A stretch of 64,000 nt of DNA from Anaeromyxobacteraceae bacterium (GCA_032654565.1 JAULAX010000015.1:32001-96000); one strand, 5' to 3'. Numbered from the stretch's first letter, positions 29,119 to 38,765 are shown. Program-made: numbers and translations. Notes: generated by a model not told the origin, from the sequence alone.

Positions 29119-31071
29119 TCAGTAGGCCTCGCCGAGGGCCAGCTGGACGGCCATCATCGGCTCGCGGTGACCGGAGCCGCCCGGCACCGCCGGGAAGCGG
29201 TTGGAGAAGGAGACGCCGTGGCTGAAGTTGGTCGGCACCCGGACCCCGGCGTCGAGCCGCACCGGGCCGAAGGGGGTCCGGTAGCGCAGCCCGAGGCCGA
29301 AGGTGGGCTGCAGCCCGGCCGGGTCGAGCGCCCGCAGCCACTCCCGGGGAGCGCCGGAGGCCTCCGAGACGTTGCCGACGTCGATGAAGACCACGCCGCC
29401 GAGCGGGCCGCCCAGCTGCTGCCGCAGCTCCAGCGAGGCCTCGAGCAGGCCGTTGCCACCGGTCGGCACCCAGTGACCGTCCTGGTAGACCATGGGCGAG
29501 AGGCGCTGGTTGCCGTAGCCGCGGACGGTGTTGGAGCCGCCCGAGCTGAAGAGCGCGACGATGGAGGCCGGTCCGCTCTCGTTGATGGGCACCAGCCCGC
29601 CCACCCGGACCCGCCCGGCCAGCACCGTCCGCCAGCCGACCGGGGCGTAGAAGCTCAGGTCGGGCGCGACGCGGAGGTAGCTGTAGCCGTGGCTCCCCAG
29701 CCGGAACCCCTCCTGCACCGTCAGCCCCACCACCAGCCCGCGGCGGGGGTCGACCGGGTCGTCGCGCCCGTCCCAGGCCACCCGCTGCTCCAGGTAGGAG
29801 AGCACGCAGACGCCGCCGGCGGTGCAGGTGCGGAGCTGCGGCGGGACGGTGCCGGTGGCCGGGTCGTACCAGGAGTCGATCCAGTAGGTCTCGAGGTTGT
29901 AGGAGGGGACCACCGTCCAGCGCGAGGCCAGCCGCAGCGGGGTGCCCACCCGGGCCCGCACCGCCCAGGCGGCGTAGCTGGTCTCGATGGACCGCTCCCC
30001 TCCCAGCTTGAGCGCCAGGTCCACCTGCCGGCCGAAGGCGCCCGGCTGCTCGAAGCCTGCGGTGAGCTGCCCGACCACCCCCTCGTGCACCGGCTGGTAC
30101 GGGGTGGGGAGCCAGGCGTAGCCGGCCCGGGCGTCGAGCTGCAGCTTGCGCAGGTCGCCGAGGAAGTTCCGGTGGGACCAGCTGGCCAGCGCCTGCGCCT
30201 CCCAGCGGCTGGGCTGGAGGGCGATCCCCGGCCCGAGGCGCAGCGTCTGGAAGGGGGCCTCCTGCACCGTCACCACCACCGGCGCCACGCCCCGCTCCAG
30301 GTCCGGCTCGCCGAGGGTCACCCGGGCCCCGCCGAAGACGCCGAGGTTGAAGACGCGGGCCTGGGCCCGGACCAGGGCGGCCTCGTCGAAGAAGGCGCCC
30401 GGCCTCACCTCCAGGCTGGCGTGGTCGGCCACCTTGCCGGCCGGGACCCGGACCGTCCCCTTCACCTCCACCGCCCCGAACCGCAGCCGCGGGCCCGGCG
30501 TGACGGTGTAGGTGACGTCGACCTGCTCCAGGTCGGGGAGGACGCGGGCCTCCTGGGTCACCGTGGCCAGCGCCCACCCGGTGGAGCGGAGCGCGGCCAG
30601 CAGCTGGGCGCGCAGGCCGTCGTAGGCCTCCAGGGTGAACCGGCCGCCCACCTCGAGCGCCGGCCGGTGCAGCTCCCGGGCCGCCTCGGGCGCCTCCTCC
30701 AGCCCCGGCGTCCGCAGCCGGACCACCCGAGCCACCGGCCCCTCCTCCACCACCAGCCGCACCCGCACCCGCCCCTCGCCGTCGGGGGTCAGCTGCGGCT
30801 CGGCGACCGTGGTCCGGTAGCGGCCGCGCTCCCGGTAGAAGGCGGCGATGCGCAGCGTGTCGTCGGCGAGCTGGTCCCGATCGAGCCGGGCCACGTCGCA
30901 GCCGAAGAGGCAGCTCGACGGGTGGGTGGCCAGCTTCCCGGCCAGCTCGGCCCGGTCGACGGTGCGGACGCCGCGCAGCTCCACCGCCGTGATCACCGGC
31001 GCCTCGGGCGTCCCTCTCGCCGTCAGGCAGCCGGCGGCGGCCAGCAGCAGCAAGGAGGCGCAGCGTCGCAT
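29119..31071 (-). CDS. tamA: Omp85 family outer-membrane protein (TamA-like), lipoprotein
   Basis: Lipobox AAGC; POTRA-like repeats; GGSNTVRGY, GLGLRYRTPFGPVRLD, terminal LGEAY. Confidence 0.85.
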   Translation of the reverse strand: MRRCASLLLLAAAGCLTARGTPEAPVITAVELRGVRTVDRAELAGKLATHPSSCLFGCDVARLDRDQLADDTLRIAAFYRERGRYRTTVAEPQLTPDGEGRVRVRLVVEEGPVARVVRLRTPGLEEAPEAARELHRPALEVGGRFTLEAYDGLRAQLLAALRSTGWALATVTQEARVLPDLEQVDVTYTVTPGPRLRFGAVEVKGTVRVPAGKVADHASLEVRPGAFFDEAALVRAQARVFNLGVFGGARVTLGEPDLERGVAPVVVTVQEAPFQTLRLGPGIALQPSRWEAQALASWSHRNFLGDLRKLQLDARAGYAWLPTPYQPVHEGVVGQLTAGFEQPGAFGRQVDLALKLGGERSIETSYAAWAVRARVGTPLRLASRWTVVPSYNLETYWIDSWYDPATGTVPPQLRTCTAGGVCVLSYLEQRVAWDGRDDPVDPRRGLVVGLTVQEGFRLGSHGYSYLRVAPDLSFYAPVGWRTVLAGRVRVGGLVPINESGPASIVALFSSGGSNTVRGYGNQRLSPMVYQDGHWVPTGGNGLLEASLELRQQLGGPLGGVVFIDVGNVSEASGAPREWLRALDPAGLQPTFGLGLRYRTPFGPVRLDAGVRVPTNFSHGVSFSNRFPAVPGGSGHREPMMAVQLALGEAY

Positions 31072-31139
31072 GGCGGCATGATGTCATGCCCACTCCGGCC
31101 CTGCCCGGGGCGCCCCGGGAACGGCCCGGGCGGCGCTCC

Positions 31140-31937
31140 TCAGCGGTCCGGCGAGGAGAGCAGCAAGCCGAGGTGGGCCTTCTCCCAGTCGCGCGAGCGC
31201 TGGTGGTCGGCGTAGGCCCGCTCGCGCCGGCGGAACTCGGCGCCGTGGACCACGCGCCGGCCGTTCCGCTCGTGGACCGGGACCACCTGGTGGAGCATCT
31301 CGTGGAAGACCACCGCCGCCACGTAGAACTCGGGCACCTCGGGGCGGTCGAGCGTCGGGTGGATGCGGATGACCCGGGCGTCGTGCAGGTAGACCCCGGT
31401 CTTGACGGTGCGCCGTCGCCGGCCCGGGCGCACCGCCCCCCACCCGATGCGCGCCTCCACGGCGCCGCCGAACTCGGCCTGGTTGAGCCGCTCGAAGATG
31501 GCGGCCAGGTCGTGGGCCCGCCCCCGCGGCTGCAGGCGCCCCACCCGCGGCGCGCCGATCCGGTCGCGCTGGTCGCGGACGAAGCGATCGATGCGCCGGC
31601 TGGCCTCGCGCCGGCGCCCCGCCGCCCCGCGGCTGGTGCCGGCGAAGGCGGCCAGCGCCCGCACCACCTCGCCGGGCGCCTCCAGGAACATGTGGTGGAC
31701 CCGGTAGTGGAGGCCGCCGCCGGCGCGCCGGAAGGAGACCATGGTGGAGCGGTTGTCGTGGACGGTCAGCTTGACCGGCTCGCCCAGCACCGCCGCCAGC
31801 TCGTCGGCGATGCGGCGGGCCTCGGCCACCCGCGCCTCGCGCCCGAGGTGGCGGCCCTCGAAGAGCGGGAGCTGGCGGTGCACCTCGCGCGTGGCCACGG
31901 TCTCTGCATGCTGGGCGCCGGGCTGGTGGTCGGTCAA
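31140..31937 (-). CDS. SprT-like zinc metalloprotease domain protein
   Basis: FERLNQAEF, IRIHPTLD, VFHEMLH (HExxH), HGAEFRRRE. Start is TTG 31937 (overlapping the upstream TGA) or GTG 31898. Confidence 0.75.
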   Translation of the reverse strand: MTDHQPGAQHAETVATREVHRQLPLFEGRHLGREARVAEARRIADELAAVLGEPVKLTVHDNRSTMVSFRRAGGGLHYRVHHMFLEAPGEVVRALAAFAGTSRGAAGRRREASRRIDRFVRDQRDRIGAPRVGRLQPRGRAHDLAAIFERLNQAEFGGAVEARIGWGAVRPGRRRRTVKTGVYLHDARVIRIHPTLDRPEVPEFYVAAVVFHEMLHQVVPVHERNGRRVVHGAEFRRRERAYADHQRSRDWEKAHLGLLLSSPDR

Positions 31938-33394
31938 GGCGCCCCACCCTCCTCGTCGGCCAGCAGGCGGGCCACCCGGGCCGGCTCGAGGCGCAGGTGG
32001 AGCACCCGCTCCTGGCTGTAGGTCACCGCGCCAGGGGCGGCGCCCTTCGGCTTCCTGACGTACTTGGCCCGGGTGCAGGCCACCTCGGCCTGCGGCTCGC
32101 CGCGGGCGTCGGAGAAGTGGACGGCCAGGGTGGCGGCGTCGAGGAGCGACTCCTGGTCGGCCTCGGGCCCGCCCAGCCGGACCACCACGTGGGCCCCGGC
32201 CTGCCCCCGGGCGTGGAGCCAGAGGTCGTTGCCGCGCGCCACCCGCCGGGTGAGCTGGTCGTTCTCTGCGGCGCCGCGCCCCACCAGCAGGGCCAGCCCG
32301 GCCAGGGAGCGGAAGGTCCGGTAGGGGAGCGTTGGCTGCTCGCGCTTGCGGCGGGTCGGCTTCGTCGCCCTCGGCCCGGCCGCCAGCCGCCGCGCCTCCC
32401 GCTCCAGCGCCGGCAGCGCCTCCAGCGGCGCCCCGTCGACGCGGACCCGCAGCGCCTCCACGGCCGCCAGCCGCGAGGTCACCTCGGCGGTCCGGGCCTG
32501 GACCCGCGCCGCGCTCTCGGCGATGCGCTTGAACCGCTTGTAGCAGCGCTCCATGTTCTGCCGGGGGGTGAGGGCCGGGTCGAGGGCCACCGCCACCTCC
32601 ACCGGCCCCTCGGCGGTCCACTCGGTGAGCGTCACCTGCCGGGCCCCGCGGGCCACGGCGTGGAGGTTGGCCTTGAGGAGGTCCCCGGCGCGGCGGTCGG
32701 CCTCGGCCGCCGGCACCCGGGCCGCCTCCTCGGCCAGCTTCTCCAGCGCCCGCGTGCCGCGGGCCACCGCGGCGCGCAGCGGCTCGCGCAGGCGGCGGCG
32801 CGCCTCGGCCAGCGCCCGCCCCGCCTCCACGGCCGCGTAGCGCCGCTCCACCGCCAGCGACCAGGGGAAGGGGCCGGAGGGCGAGGGGGCGAAGCGCGGC
32901 GGCTTGCGCTCGGCGGCCGGGGACGGCGCCGGCGGCGTCCAGGGCTGGCCGGGGGCGAGCCGCCGCCCCGGGGCCGCCGCGCGCGAGGCCATGAAGCGGA
33001 CCAGGCCGTCGGCGTCGACCAGCAGGAGGTTGCCGTGGCGCCCGGTCAGCTCGGCCACCAGCAGCAGCGGGCCGCCGGCCCGCGCCAGGCGCAGCGTCAC
33101 CACCCGGTCGCCGGCCAGCAGCTGCAGCGACTCCAGCCGCGCCCCCTCCAGCGCCTGGCGCAGCGGCGCCTGCCAGGCGAAGGGGCTGTCGGGCTGGGCG
33201 GGGCGGGCGGTGGCGACGTGGAGGCGGGTCAGCTCGGGCTCGGCGCAGAGGAGCAGCAGCGCGTTTCCGCTGGGCCCGTGCAGTTCCAGCGTCAGGGCCA
33301 GCTCGGCGTGGACGCGGACGGCGTCGACGCGCGCCCCGCGGAGCGCCTGCAGCTCCTCCACCACCAGCTCCAGCTCGACCGCCGTCAGCGACAT
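31934..33394 (-). CDS. rqcH: NFACT family protein (RqcH/Rqc2, FbpA-like ribosome quality-control factor)
   Basis: DRVV, ELTGRHGNLLLVD, LDPALTPRQN, VGRGAAENDQLT, DLWLHA..AGAHVVV, KYVRKPKGAAPG.V.Y. Confidence 0.85.
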   Translation of the reverse strand: MSLTAVELELVVEELQALRGARVDAVRVHAELALTLELHGPSGNALLLLCAEPELTRLHVATARPAQPDSPFAWQAPLRQALEGARLESLQLLAGDRVVTLRLARAGGPLLLVAELTGRHGNLLLVDADGLVRFMASRAAAPGRRLAPGQPWTPPAPSPAAERKPPRFAPSPSGPFPWSLAVERRYAAVEAGRALAEARRRLREPLRAAVARGTRALEKLAEEAARVPAAEADRRAGDLLKANLHAVARGARQVTLTEWTAEGPVEVAVALDPALTPRQNMERCYKRFKRIAESAARVQARTAEVTSRLAAVEALRVRVDGAPLEALPALEREARRLAAGPRATKPTRRKREQPTLPYRTFRSLAGLALLVGRGAAENDQLTRRVARGNDLWLHARGQAGAHVVVRLGGPEADQESLLDAATLAVHFSDARGEPQAEVACTRAKYVRKPKGAAPGAVTYSQERVLHLRLEPARVARLLADEEGGAP

Positions 33395-33403
33395 GCGGCT
33401 CCC

Positions 33404-33436
33404 AAAAAGCTGCGGCCGCCCGAAGGCGGCCGCGGC
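33404..33436 (-). terminator. Rho-independent terminator
   Basis: Minus strand GCCGCGGCCGCC-TTCG-GGCGGCCGCAGC-TTTTT, about 25 nt after the micropeptide stop codon. Confidence 0.85.
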
Positions 33437-33460
33437 ACAACTCTGCTCTTGATGCGGTTG

Positions 33461-33526
33461 TTACTTCTTCTTCTTGGCGGTCTTCTTCTTCGCAACCTTC
33501 TTCACGGCCTTCTTCTTGGCAGCCAT
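33461..33526 (-). CDS. 21-aa lysine-rich micropeptide MAAKKKAVKKVAKKKTAKKKK (histone H1-tail-like)
   Basis: Strong RBS GAGGAGG; 12 AAG codons; TAA stop; own promoter and terminator. Confidence 0.8.
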   Translation of the reverse strand: MAAKKKAVKKVAKKKTAKKKK

Positions 33527-33588
33527 AGTTCCCTCCTCGGAACGTCCATTCACTTCGAGAACGGCTTTCGAATGGACAATGTAGATGC

Positions 33589-33618
33589 ACGTTAGCAACG
33601 CGAGATCGATCCCGTCAA
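33589..33618 (-). promoter_or_regulatory. Sigma70-type promoter of the micropeptide
   Basis: TTGACG (33618-33613), 18-nt spacer ending TGc, TAACGT (33594-33589). Confidence 0.75.
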
Positions 33619-33735
33619 GGAAGCGAGAAGGAAAATCGATCACTCGATCGACGCTCCCCCCAGCTAGATCCGAAGGGGTACAAGGCCCCCGGGGGGCGAT
33701 TTTTCACCGAGGGTGATCGGATCGGAAGGTAGATC

Positions 33736-34719
33736 TCACTGCGCGTGTGGGTGGTCGACCGCGCCGAGCAGCGCCGCACCCACCACGCCGGCGTCGTCGC
33801 CGAGCTCGGCGCGACGCACCTCGAAGTCGCGCCGGGCGGCGCGCAGCAAGCGATCCGCGATGTGGGCGCGCACGATCCGCTCCAGGTTGGCGCAGCCCAG
33901 CAGCACCCCGCCGCCCAGCACCAGCCGCAGCGGGTTGAGCAGCGTCACCAGGTTGGCGCAGGCGGTGCCGAGCAGCTCGCCGACCTCGCCCCAGAGCTCC
34001 CGGGCGAAGGGATCGCCGGCGGCGTAGGCCACCTCCACCGCCGAGGCCGAGAGCCGGGCCGGGTCGCCGCCGGCCGCCGCCAGCACCGCCGCGGCCTTCC
34101 CGGCGGCGGCCGCCTCGCGCAGCCGGACCGCCAGGTTCATCCCGCCGGTGTAGGCCTCGAGGCAGCCCCACTCGCCGCAGCCGCAGAGCCGGGGCGTGGC
34201 GCCGCGCGGCGACACCTTGATGTGCCCCAGCTCGCCGGCCACCCCGCGGCCGCCCTCGTGGAGCCTGGCCCCGAGGATGAGCCCGGCGCCGACGCCGGAG
34301 CCGACGAAGACCAGCGCCGCGTCGTCGACCCCGCGGGCGGCGCCGAAGCAGCGCTCGCCCCAGGCGGCGGCGGAGAGGTCGTTGACCACCCGCACCTCCA
34401 GCCCGAGCGCGGCGTGCAGCGGCTCCCCCAGCGGCACCTCGCGCCAGCCGAGGTTGGGGGCGTTGAGCACGGTCCCGGTGCGGCCCAGGCACTGGCCGGC
34501 CACGCCGACGCCGGCCGTCCCCAGCGAGGCCGGGTCGACCCCGGCCTGCCGCGCCGCCTCCCGCACCGCCGCGGCGATGGTGACCACCACCGCCTCGGGG
34601 CTGCGCTCGGCGTGGGCCAGCTTGTGGGCGGCCACCACCGCGCCGCTGGCCACGTCCACCAGCGCGGCGCGGGCGTTGGTGCCGCCGAGATCGACCCCGA
34701 GGGCGAGCCGGGCGCTCAC
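33736..34719 (-). CDS. ROK family sugar kinase (glucokinase-like)
   Basis: GVDLGGTN, APNLGW, VNDL, GELGH, CGCGEWGCLE. Confidence 0.92.
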   Translation of the reverse strand: MSARLALGVDLGGTNARAALVDVASGAVVAAHKLAHAERSPEAVVVTIAAAVREAARQAGVDPASLGTAGVGVAGQCLGRTGTVLNAPNLGWREVPLGEPLHAALGLEVRVVNDLSAAAWGERCFGAARGVDDAALVFVGSGVGAGLILGARLHEGGRGVAGELGHIKVSPRGATPRLCGCGEWGCLEAYTGGMNLAVRLREAAAAGKAAAVLAAAGGDPARLSASAVEVAYAAGDPFARELWGEVGELLGTACANLVTLLNPLRLVLGGGVLLGCANLERIVRAHIADRLLRAARRDFEVRRAELGDDAGVVGAALLGAVDHPHAQ

Positions 34720-36092
34720 GGGCTCCCCAGCTCCTTCATGATCACCGCCACCCGGTCCTCGACCAGTGTGCGGATCTCGGCGAGCCGCGGCGCCGTGGTG
34801 GCCTCGAAGCGCAGCACCAGGATGGGCTGGGTGTTGGAGGCCCGCACCAGCCCCCAGCCGTCGGGGAAGATGACCCGGACCCCGTCGATGGTGACCGCCT
34901 GGTACCCCGCCGAGAAGAAGGCCTGGGCCCGGCGCACCACCTCGAACTTGATCTCCTCGGCGCAGTCGACCCGCAGCTCCGGGGTGCTGAAGGTCTTCGG
35001 CACGTCGGCCAGCAGCGACGAGAGCGGCGCCGCGGTGTGGGAGAGCAGCTCCACCAGGCGGCCCGAGGAGTAGATGCCGTCGTCGAAGCCGAGCCAGCGG
35101 TGGCCAAAGAAGATGTGGCCGCTCATCTCGCCGGCCAGGGCGGCGTGCTCCTCCTTCATCTTGGCCTTGATCAGCGAGTGGCCGGCCTTCCACATGATGC
35201 CCCGGCCGCCCCGCAGCTTGATGTCGTCGTAGAGGGTGAAGGAGCACTTCACCTCGGCGACCACGGCGGCGCCCGGCACCTCGGCGAGGATGGCGCGGGA
35301 GAAGAGGATCATCAGCTGGTCGCCCCAGAGCACCTGCCCCCGCTCGTCGACGGCGCCCACCCGGTCGGAGTCGCCGTCGTAGGCGACGCCGAGGTCGGCG
35401 CCGGTCTCCAGCACCTTGCGCTTCAGCGGCTCGAGGTTCTTCTCCACCGTCGGGTCGGGGTGGTGGTTGGGGAAGCGGCCGTCCGGCTCGGTGAAGAGCG
35501 GGACCACCTCGACGCCGAGCCGCTCGAAGATGGGCACCGCCACGCCGCCGGTGCCGTTGCCGGCGTCGATCACCACCTTGAGCTTGCGGGGGCCGAGCCG
35601 GAGGTTCTTGCCCACGTAGTCCTGGTAGGGTGTGACGATGTCGTGGCTGGTCAGCTTCCCCTGCCCGCTGGCGAACTCGCCCTCCTGGACCGCCCGCAGG
35701 ATCTCCTGGATGGCCTCGCCGTAGAGGGTGGTGGGGCCGACGCCGATCTTCAGGCCGTTGTAGTCGGCGGGGTTGTGCGAGCCGGTGATCATGCAGAGCC
35801 CGTCCACCGGAAGGGTCTGGGCCGCGAAGTAGACCAGCGGCGTGGGGACGATGCCGACGTCGACCACGTCGCAGCCGGTGGCCAGCAGGCCGGCCACCAC
35901 CTGGCGGTGGAAGCCCGGGCTGGAGAGCCGGACGTCGCGCCCCAGCACCACGCTGGTGCCGCCGGCGGCGCGCACCCGGGTGCCGAGGGCGCGGGCCACC
36001 AGCCCCACCGTCTCCTCGGTGAGGTCGAGGCCGGCCACGCCCCGGATGTCGTACTCGCGGAAGACCACCGGGTTGACCTGGTTCGCGCCCAC
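34716..36092 (-). CDS. Phosphomannomutase/phosphoglucomutase
   Basis: FREYDIRG, TGSHNP, DGDSDR, GEMSGH, RASNTQP. Confidence 0.95.
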   Translation of the reverse strand: MGANQVNPVVFREYDIRGVAGLDLTEETVGLVARALGTRVRAAGGTSVVLGRDVRLSSPGFHRQVVAGLLATGCDVVDVGIVPTPLVYFAAQTLPVDGLCMITGSHNPADYNGLKIGVGPTTLYGEAIQEILRAVQEGEFASGQGKLTSHDIVTPYQDYVGKNLRLGPRKLKVVIDAGNGTGGVAVPIFERLGVEVVPLFTEPDGRFPNHHPDPTVEKNLEPLKRKVLETGADLGVAYDGDSDRVGAVDERGQVLWGDQLMILFSRAILAEVPGAAVVAEVKCSFTLYDDIKLRGGRGIMWKAGHSLIKAKMKEEHAALAGEMSGHIFFGHRWLGFDDGIYSSGRLVELLSHTAAPLSSLLADVPKTFSTPELRVDCAEEIKFEVVRRAQAFFSAGYQAVTIDGVRVIFPDGWGLVRASNTQPILVLRFEATTAPRLAEIRTLVEDRVAVIMKELGSP

Positions 36093-37207
36093 TAGAGCAC
36101 CTCGTCGCGGCCGCGCCGCGCCAGCTCGTCGACCGCCTTGCGGACGTCCTGGGCCCGGTCCTTGCGGCAGACCAGGATGGCGTCGCCGGCGTCGATCACC
36201 ACCACGCCGTCCAGCCCCACCACCGCCACCGGCCGGTCCCGGGTGGCCATGACCACGTTGTTGCGGCCGTCGATCACCAGGGCGTCGCCCTCGGCGACGT
36301 TGCCGAGGTGATCCACCGGGCGCACCTCGGGGAGCGCCGCGAAGCTGCCCACGTCGCTCCAGCCGAAGTCGGCCGGCACCACCACGATCCGCTGGCTCTT
36401 CTCCATGACCCCGTAGTCGATGGAGATGGAGGGGCAGTCGGGGAAGACCCGGTCCAGCGTCTTCTGGTAGCCGGGCGTGCCGAGCGCCTGCTGGATGGCG
36501 TCGAGCTGCTCGCCCAGCACCGGCATGGCGCGCCGGATCTCGGCGAGGATGACGTCGGCGCGGAAGACGAAGATGCCCGAGTTCCAGAGGTAGTGGCCGT
36601 CGGCCAGGTAGCGGGCCGCGGTGACCAGGTCCGGCTTCTCGACGAAGCGCTCCACCTTGTGGGCGTGGTTCTGGGTGGCCTTGCCCTTTCCCTTGGCCTT
36701 GGCGCGCCCCCTCCCCTGGCCCGGCAGCCGGGCGCCGACCTTGAGGTAGCCGTAGCCGGTCTCCGGCGCGTGGGGGCGGATGCCGATGGTGACGATGTGC
36801 CCCTGCTCGGCCAGCCGCGCCGCCTCGGCGATGGCCGCGCGGAAGGCCTCGGGGCGGGCGATGTGGTGGTCGGCCGGGAGCATGGCGACGATGCCCTGCT
36901 TCTGCCGCGCCGCCACGTGCAGCGCCGCCAGCCCCACGCACGGGGCGGTGTTCCTGGCGCAGGGCTCGACGATGAAGTTCCTGGCCGGCAGCTCGCGCAG
37001 CAGCTTCTTGGCGGCGGCGGCGTGGGCCGGCCCGCAGACCACGTAGGTGTCGGCCGGCTTGGCCAGGGGCGGCAGGCGGCGGACGGTGGCGCTGAGCAGC
37101 GGCCGGTCCCCGGCCAGGGCGAGGAACTGCTTGGGCCTGGCCTTGCGCGAGAGCGGCCAGAACCGGGTCCCCGAGCCGCCCGCCATGATCACCGGGTAGA
37201 TCTTCAT
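36092..37207 (-). CDS. manC: Mannose-1-phosphate guanylyltransferase
   Basis: [50 protein letters not shown]. Confidence 0.93.
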   Translation of the reverse strand: MKIYPVIMAGGSGTRFWPLSRKARPKQFLALAGDRPLLSATVRRLPPLAKPADTYVVCGPAHAAAAKKLLRELPARNFIVEPCARNTAPCVGLAALHVAARQKQGIVAMLPADHHIARPEAFRAAIAEAARLAEQGHIVTIGIRPHAPETGYGYLKVGARLPGQGRGRAKAKGKGKATQNHAHKVERFVEKPDLVTAARYLADGHYLWNSGIFVFRADVILAEIRRAMPVLGEQLDAIQQALGTPGYQKTLDRVFPDCPSISIDYGVMEKSQRIVVVPADFGWSDVGSFAALPEVRPVDHLGNVAEGDALVIDGRNNVVMATRDRPVAVVGLDGVVVIDAGDAILVCRKDRAQDVRKAVDELARRGRDEVL

Positions 37208-37794
37208 GTCGCGCTCCAGGCCTCGAGCAGCTCGAACAGGATCCGGGCGGTGGCGCCCCAGATCGTCCGGCCCTCGACCTCGTAGAAGTGGATGTCCACG
37301 TCGAGTCCGTAGAAGTTGTGGCGCTGCGTGTGGTGGACCCCCGGCGCCACCAGCGCCGGGATGGGGACGTGCCAGATCGCCTCCACCTCGCGCGGCGCCG
37401 CAGCGTACGGGAAGGGATATGGCACCGAAGCCACCCACGGCGTCAAGCGGTTCGCCGACTGCAGCACCACCGTCTCGGAGAGCCTCCCCAGCACCACCGC
37501 CCTCGACGGGTCGAGGCCCACCTCCTCGTGGGCCTCCCGCAGCGCCGCGGCCAGCGAGCCCTCGCCGGGATCGAGCCGGCCCCCCGGGAAGCTGATCTGC
37601 CCGGCGTGGTGGCGCAGGTCGGCGCGGCGCAGCGTCAGCAGCACGCTGGGGATGCCCTCCTCCTCGTGCAGCGGCACCAGCACCGCCGCCTCGCCGAAGC
37701 CGCCCGCCGGCCAGTGCCGGGGCGAGACCTGGTCGACGGGGGACGGCCGCGGCGGCCAGCGGGCCAGCGCGGCCTGGAGGTCGGCGAGCCTCAT
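37204..37794 (-). CDS. Nudix hydrolase, CoA pyrophosphatase (NudL-like)
   Basis: AAVLVPL, LTLR...[27 protein letters not shown]. Confidence 0.9.
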   Translation of the reverse strand: MRLADLQAALARWPPRPSPVDQVSPRHWPAGGFGEAAVLVPLHEEEGIPSVLLTLRRADLRHHAGQISFPGGRLDPGEGSLAAALREAHEEVGLDPSRAVVLGRLSETVVLQSANRLTPWVASVPYPFPYAAAPREVEAIWHVPIPALVAPGVHHTQRHNFYGLDVDIHFYEVEGRTIWGATARILFELLEAWSAT

Positions 37795-38624
37795 GACGCC
37801 GGCAGCACCCCGGCGACGATGAGGGCGGCGATGGCGACGCCGGCGACCAGGCGCCAGGCCACGAAGAGATCGGTGGGGCGGGTGCGCAGCCAGCCCAGCA
37901 GCCAGCCGATGACCAGGTAGCCGGCGCCGAAGGAGACCAGGGTGGCCACCGCGGTGGCCAGCTGCCAGTCGGGGTGGCCGCGGAGCTGCGGCAGCTCCTT
38001 CCAGAGCTTGTAGGCGCCGGCCCCGAGGATGATGGGGACGGAGAGCAGGAAGCTGAAGCGGGCCGCCGCCTCGCGGGTCAGGCCGAGCAGCATGCCCATG
38101 GTGAGGGTGGTGCCGGAGCGGGAGGAGCCGGGGATGAGCGCCAGGGCCTGGGCCAGCCCCACCAGCGCCGCGTCCCGGGGGCCGATCGACTCCACCGTCC
38201 GCACGTGGCGGGCCAGCCGCTCGGCGCCCAGCAGCACCAGCCCCCAGCCGACCAGGGCCCCGACGATGACCCAGTTGCCGAGCGCCTCGATGCGCCGCTC
38301 CAGCAGCTTGCCCAGCACCGCCGCCGGGAGGGTGCCGAGCACGATGAGCCAGCCGAGGCGGGCCTCGGGCGTGGCCAGCGGCGCGCCCCGGGCCAGGGCC
38401 ACCACCGCGCCGCGCAGGATCCTCCAGAGGTCGGCGCGGAAGTAGAGGACCACCGCCAGCGCCGTGCCCGACTGGATGACGGCGACGAAGGCGCGGAAGT
38501 GCGGCTCGTCGAGCGACTGGCCGAGCAGCTCTCCGAAGACCAGCAGGTGGGCGGTGGAGGAGACCGGGAGGAACTCGGTGGCCGCCTGGATGAGCCCGAA
38601 GAGGATGGCGGAGAGGAGCGTCAT
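37791..38624 (-). CDS. uppP: Undecaprenyl-diphosphate phosphatase
   Basis: [26 protein letters not shown]. Confidence 0.95.
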   Translation of the reverse strand: MTLLSAILFGLIQAATEFLPVSSTAHLLVFGELLGQSLDEPHFRAFVAVIQSGTALAVVLYFRADLWRILRGAVVALARGAPLATPEARLGWLIVLGTLPAAVLGKLLERRIEALGNWVIVGALVGWGLVLLGAERLARHVRTVESIGPRDAALVGLAQALALIPGSSRSGTTLTMGMLLGLTREAAARFSFLLSVPIILGAGAYKLWKELPQLRGHPDWQLATAVATLVSFGAGYLVIGWLLGWLRTRPTDLFVAWRLVAGVAIAALIVAGVLPAS

Positions 38625-38765
38625 GCGGGGCGGAACCTACCCGAGGGGCGGGCCGGGGACAAACGGGAAGGGCGACGGGGCGCCTGCTGGCGCGGCGACG
38701 CGACGGCGATCCTTCTCGCCCGTCGGAATGGAGCGCTCGACCTCGGCCGGGGTGGGTCATGTGCG

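Noticed and set aside
29117..31093. Apparent 1986-aa TamB ORF overlapping tamA
   Set aside because: The N-terminal ~660 codons are an off-frame read of tamA; the real TamB starts at ATG 29116 with a TM anchor.
33527..33643. 60-aa version of the lysine-rich ORF
   Set aside because: The extension spans the promoter and UTR hairpin; the strong RBS points to ATG 33526.
33604..33735. GATC cluster as a replication origin
   Set aside because: No DnaA boxes, no extended AT-rich unwinding element and no dnaA/gidA context.
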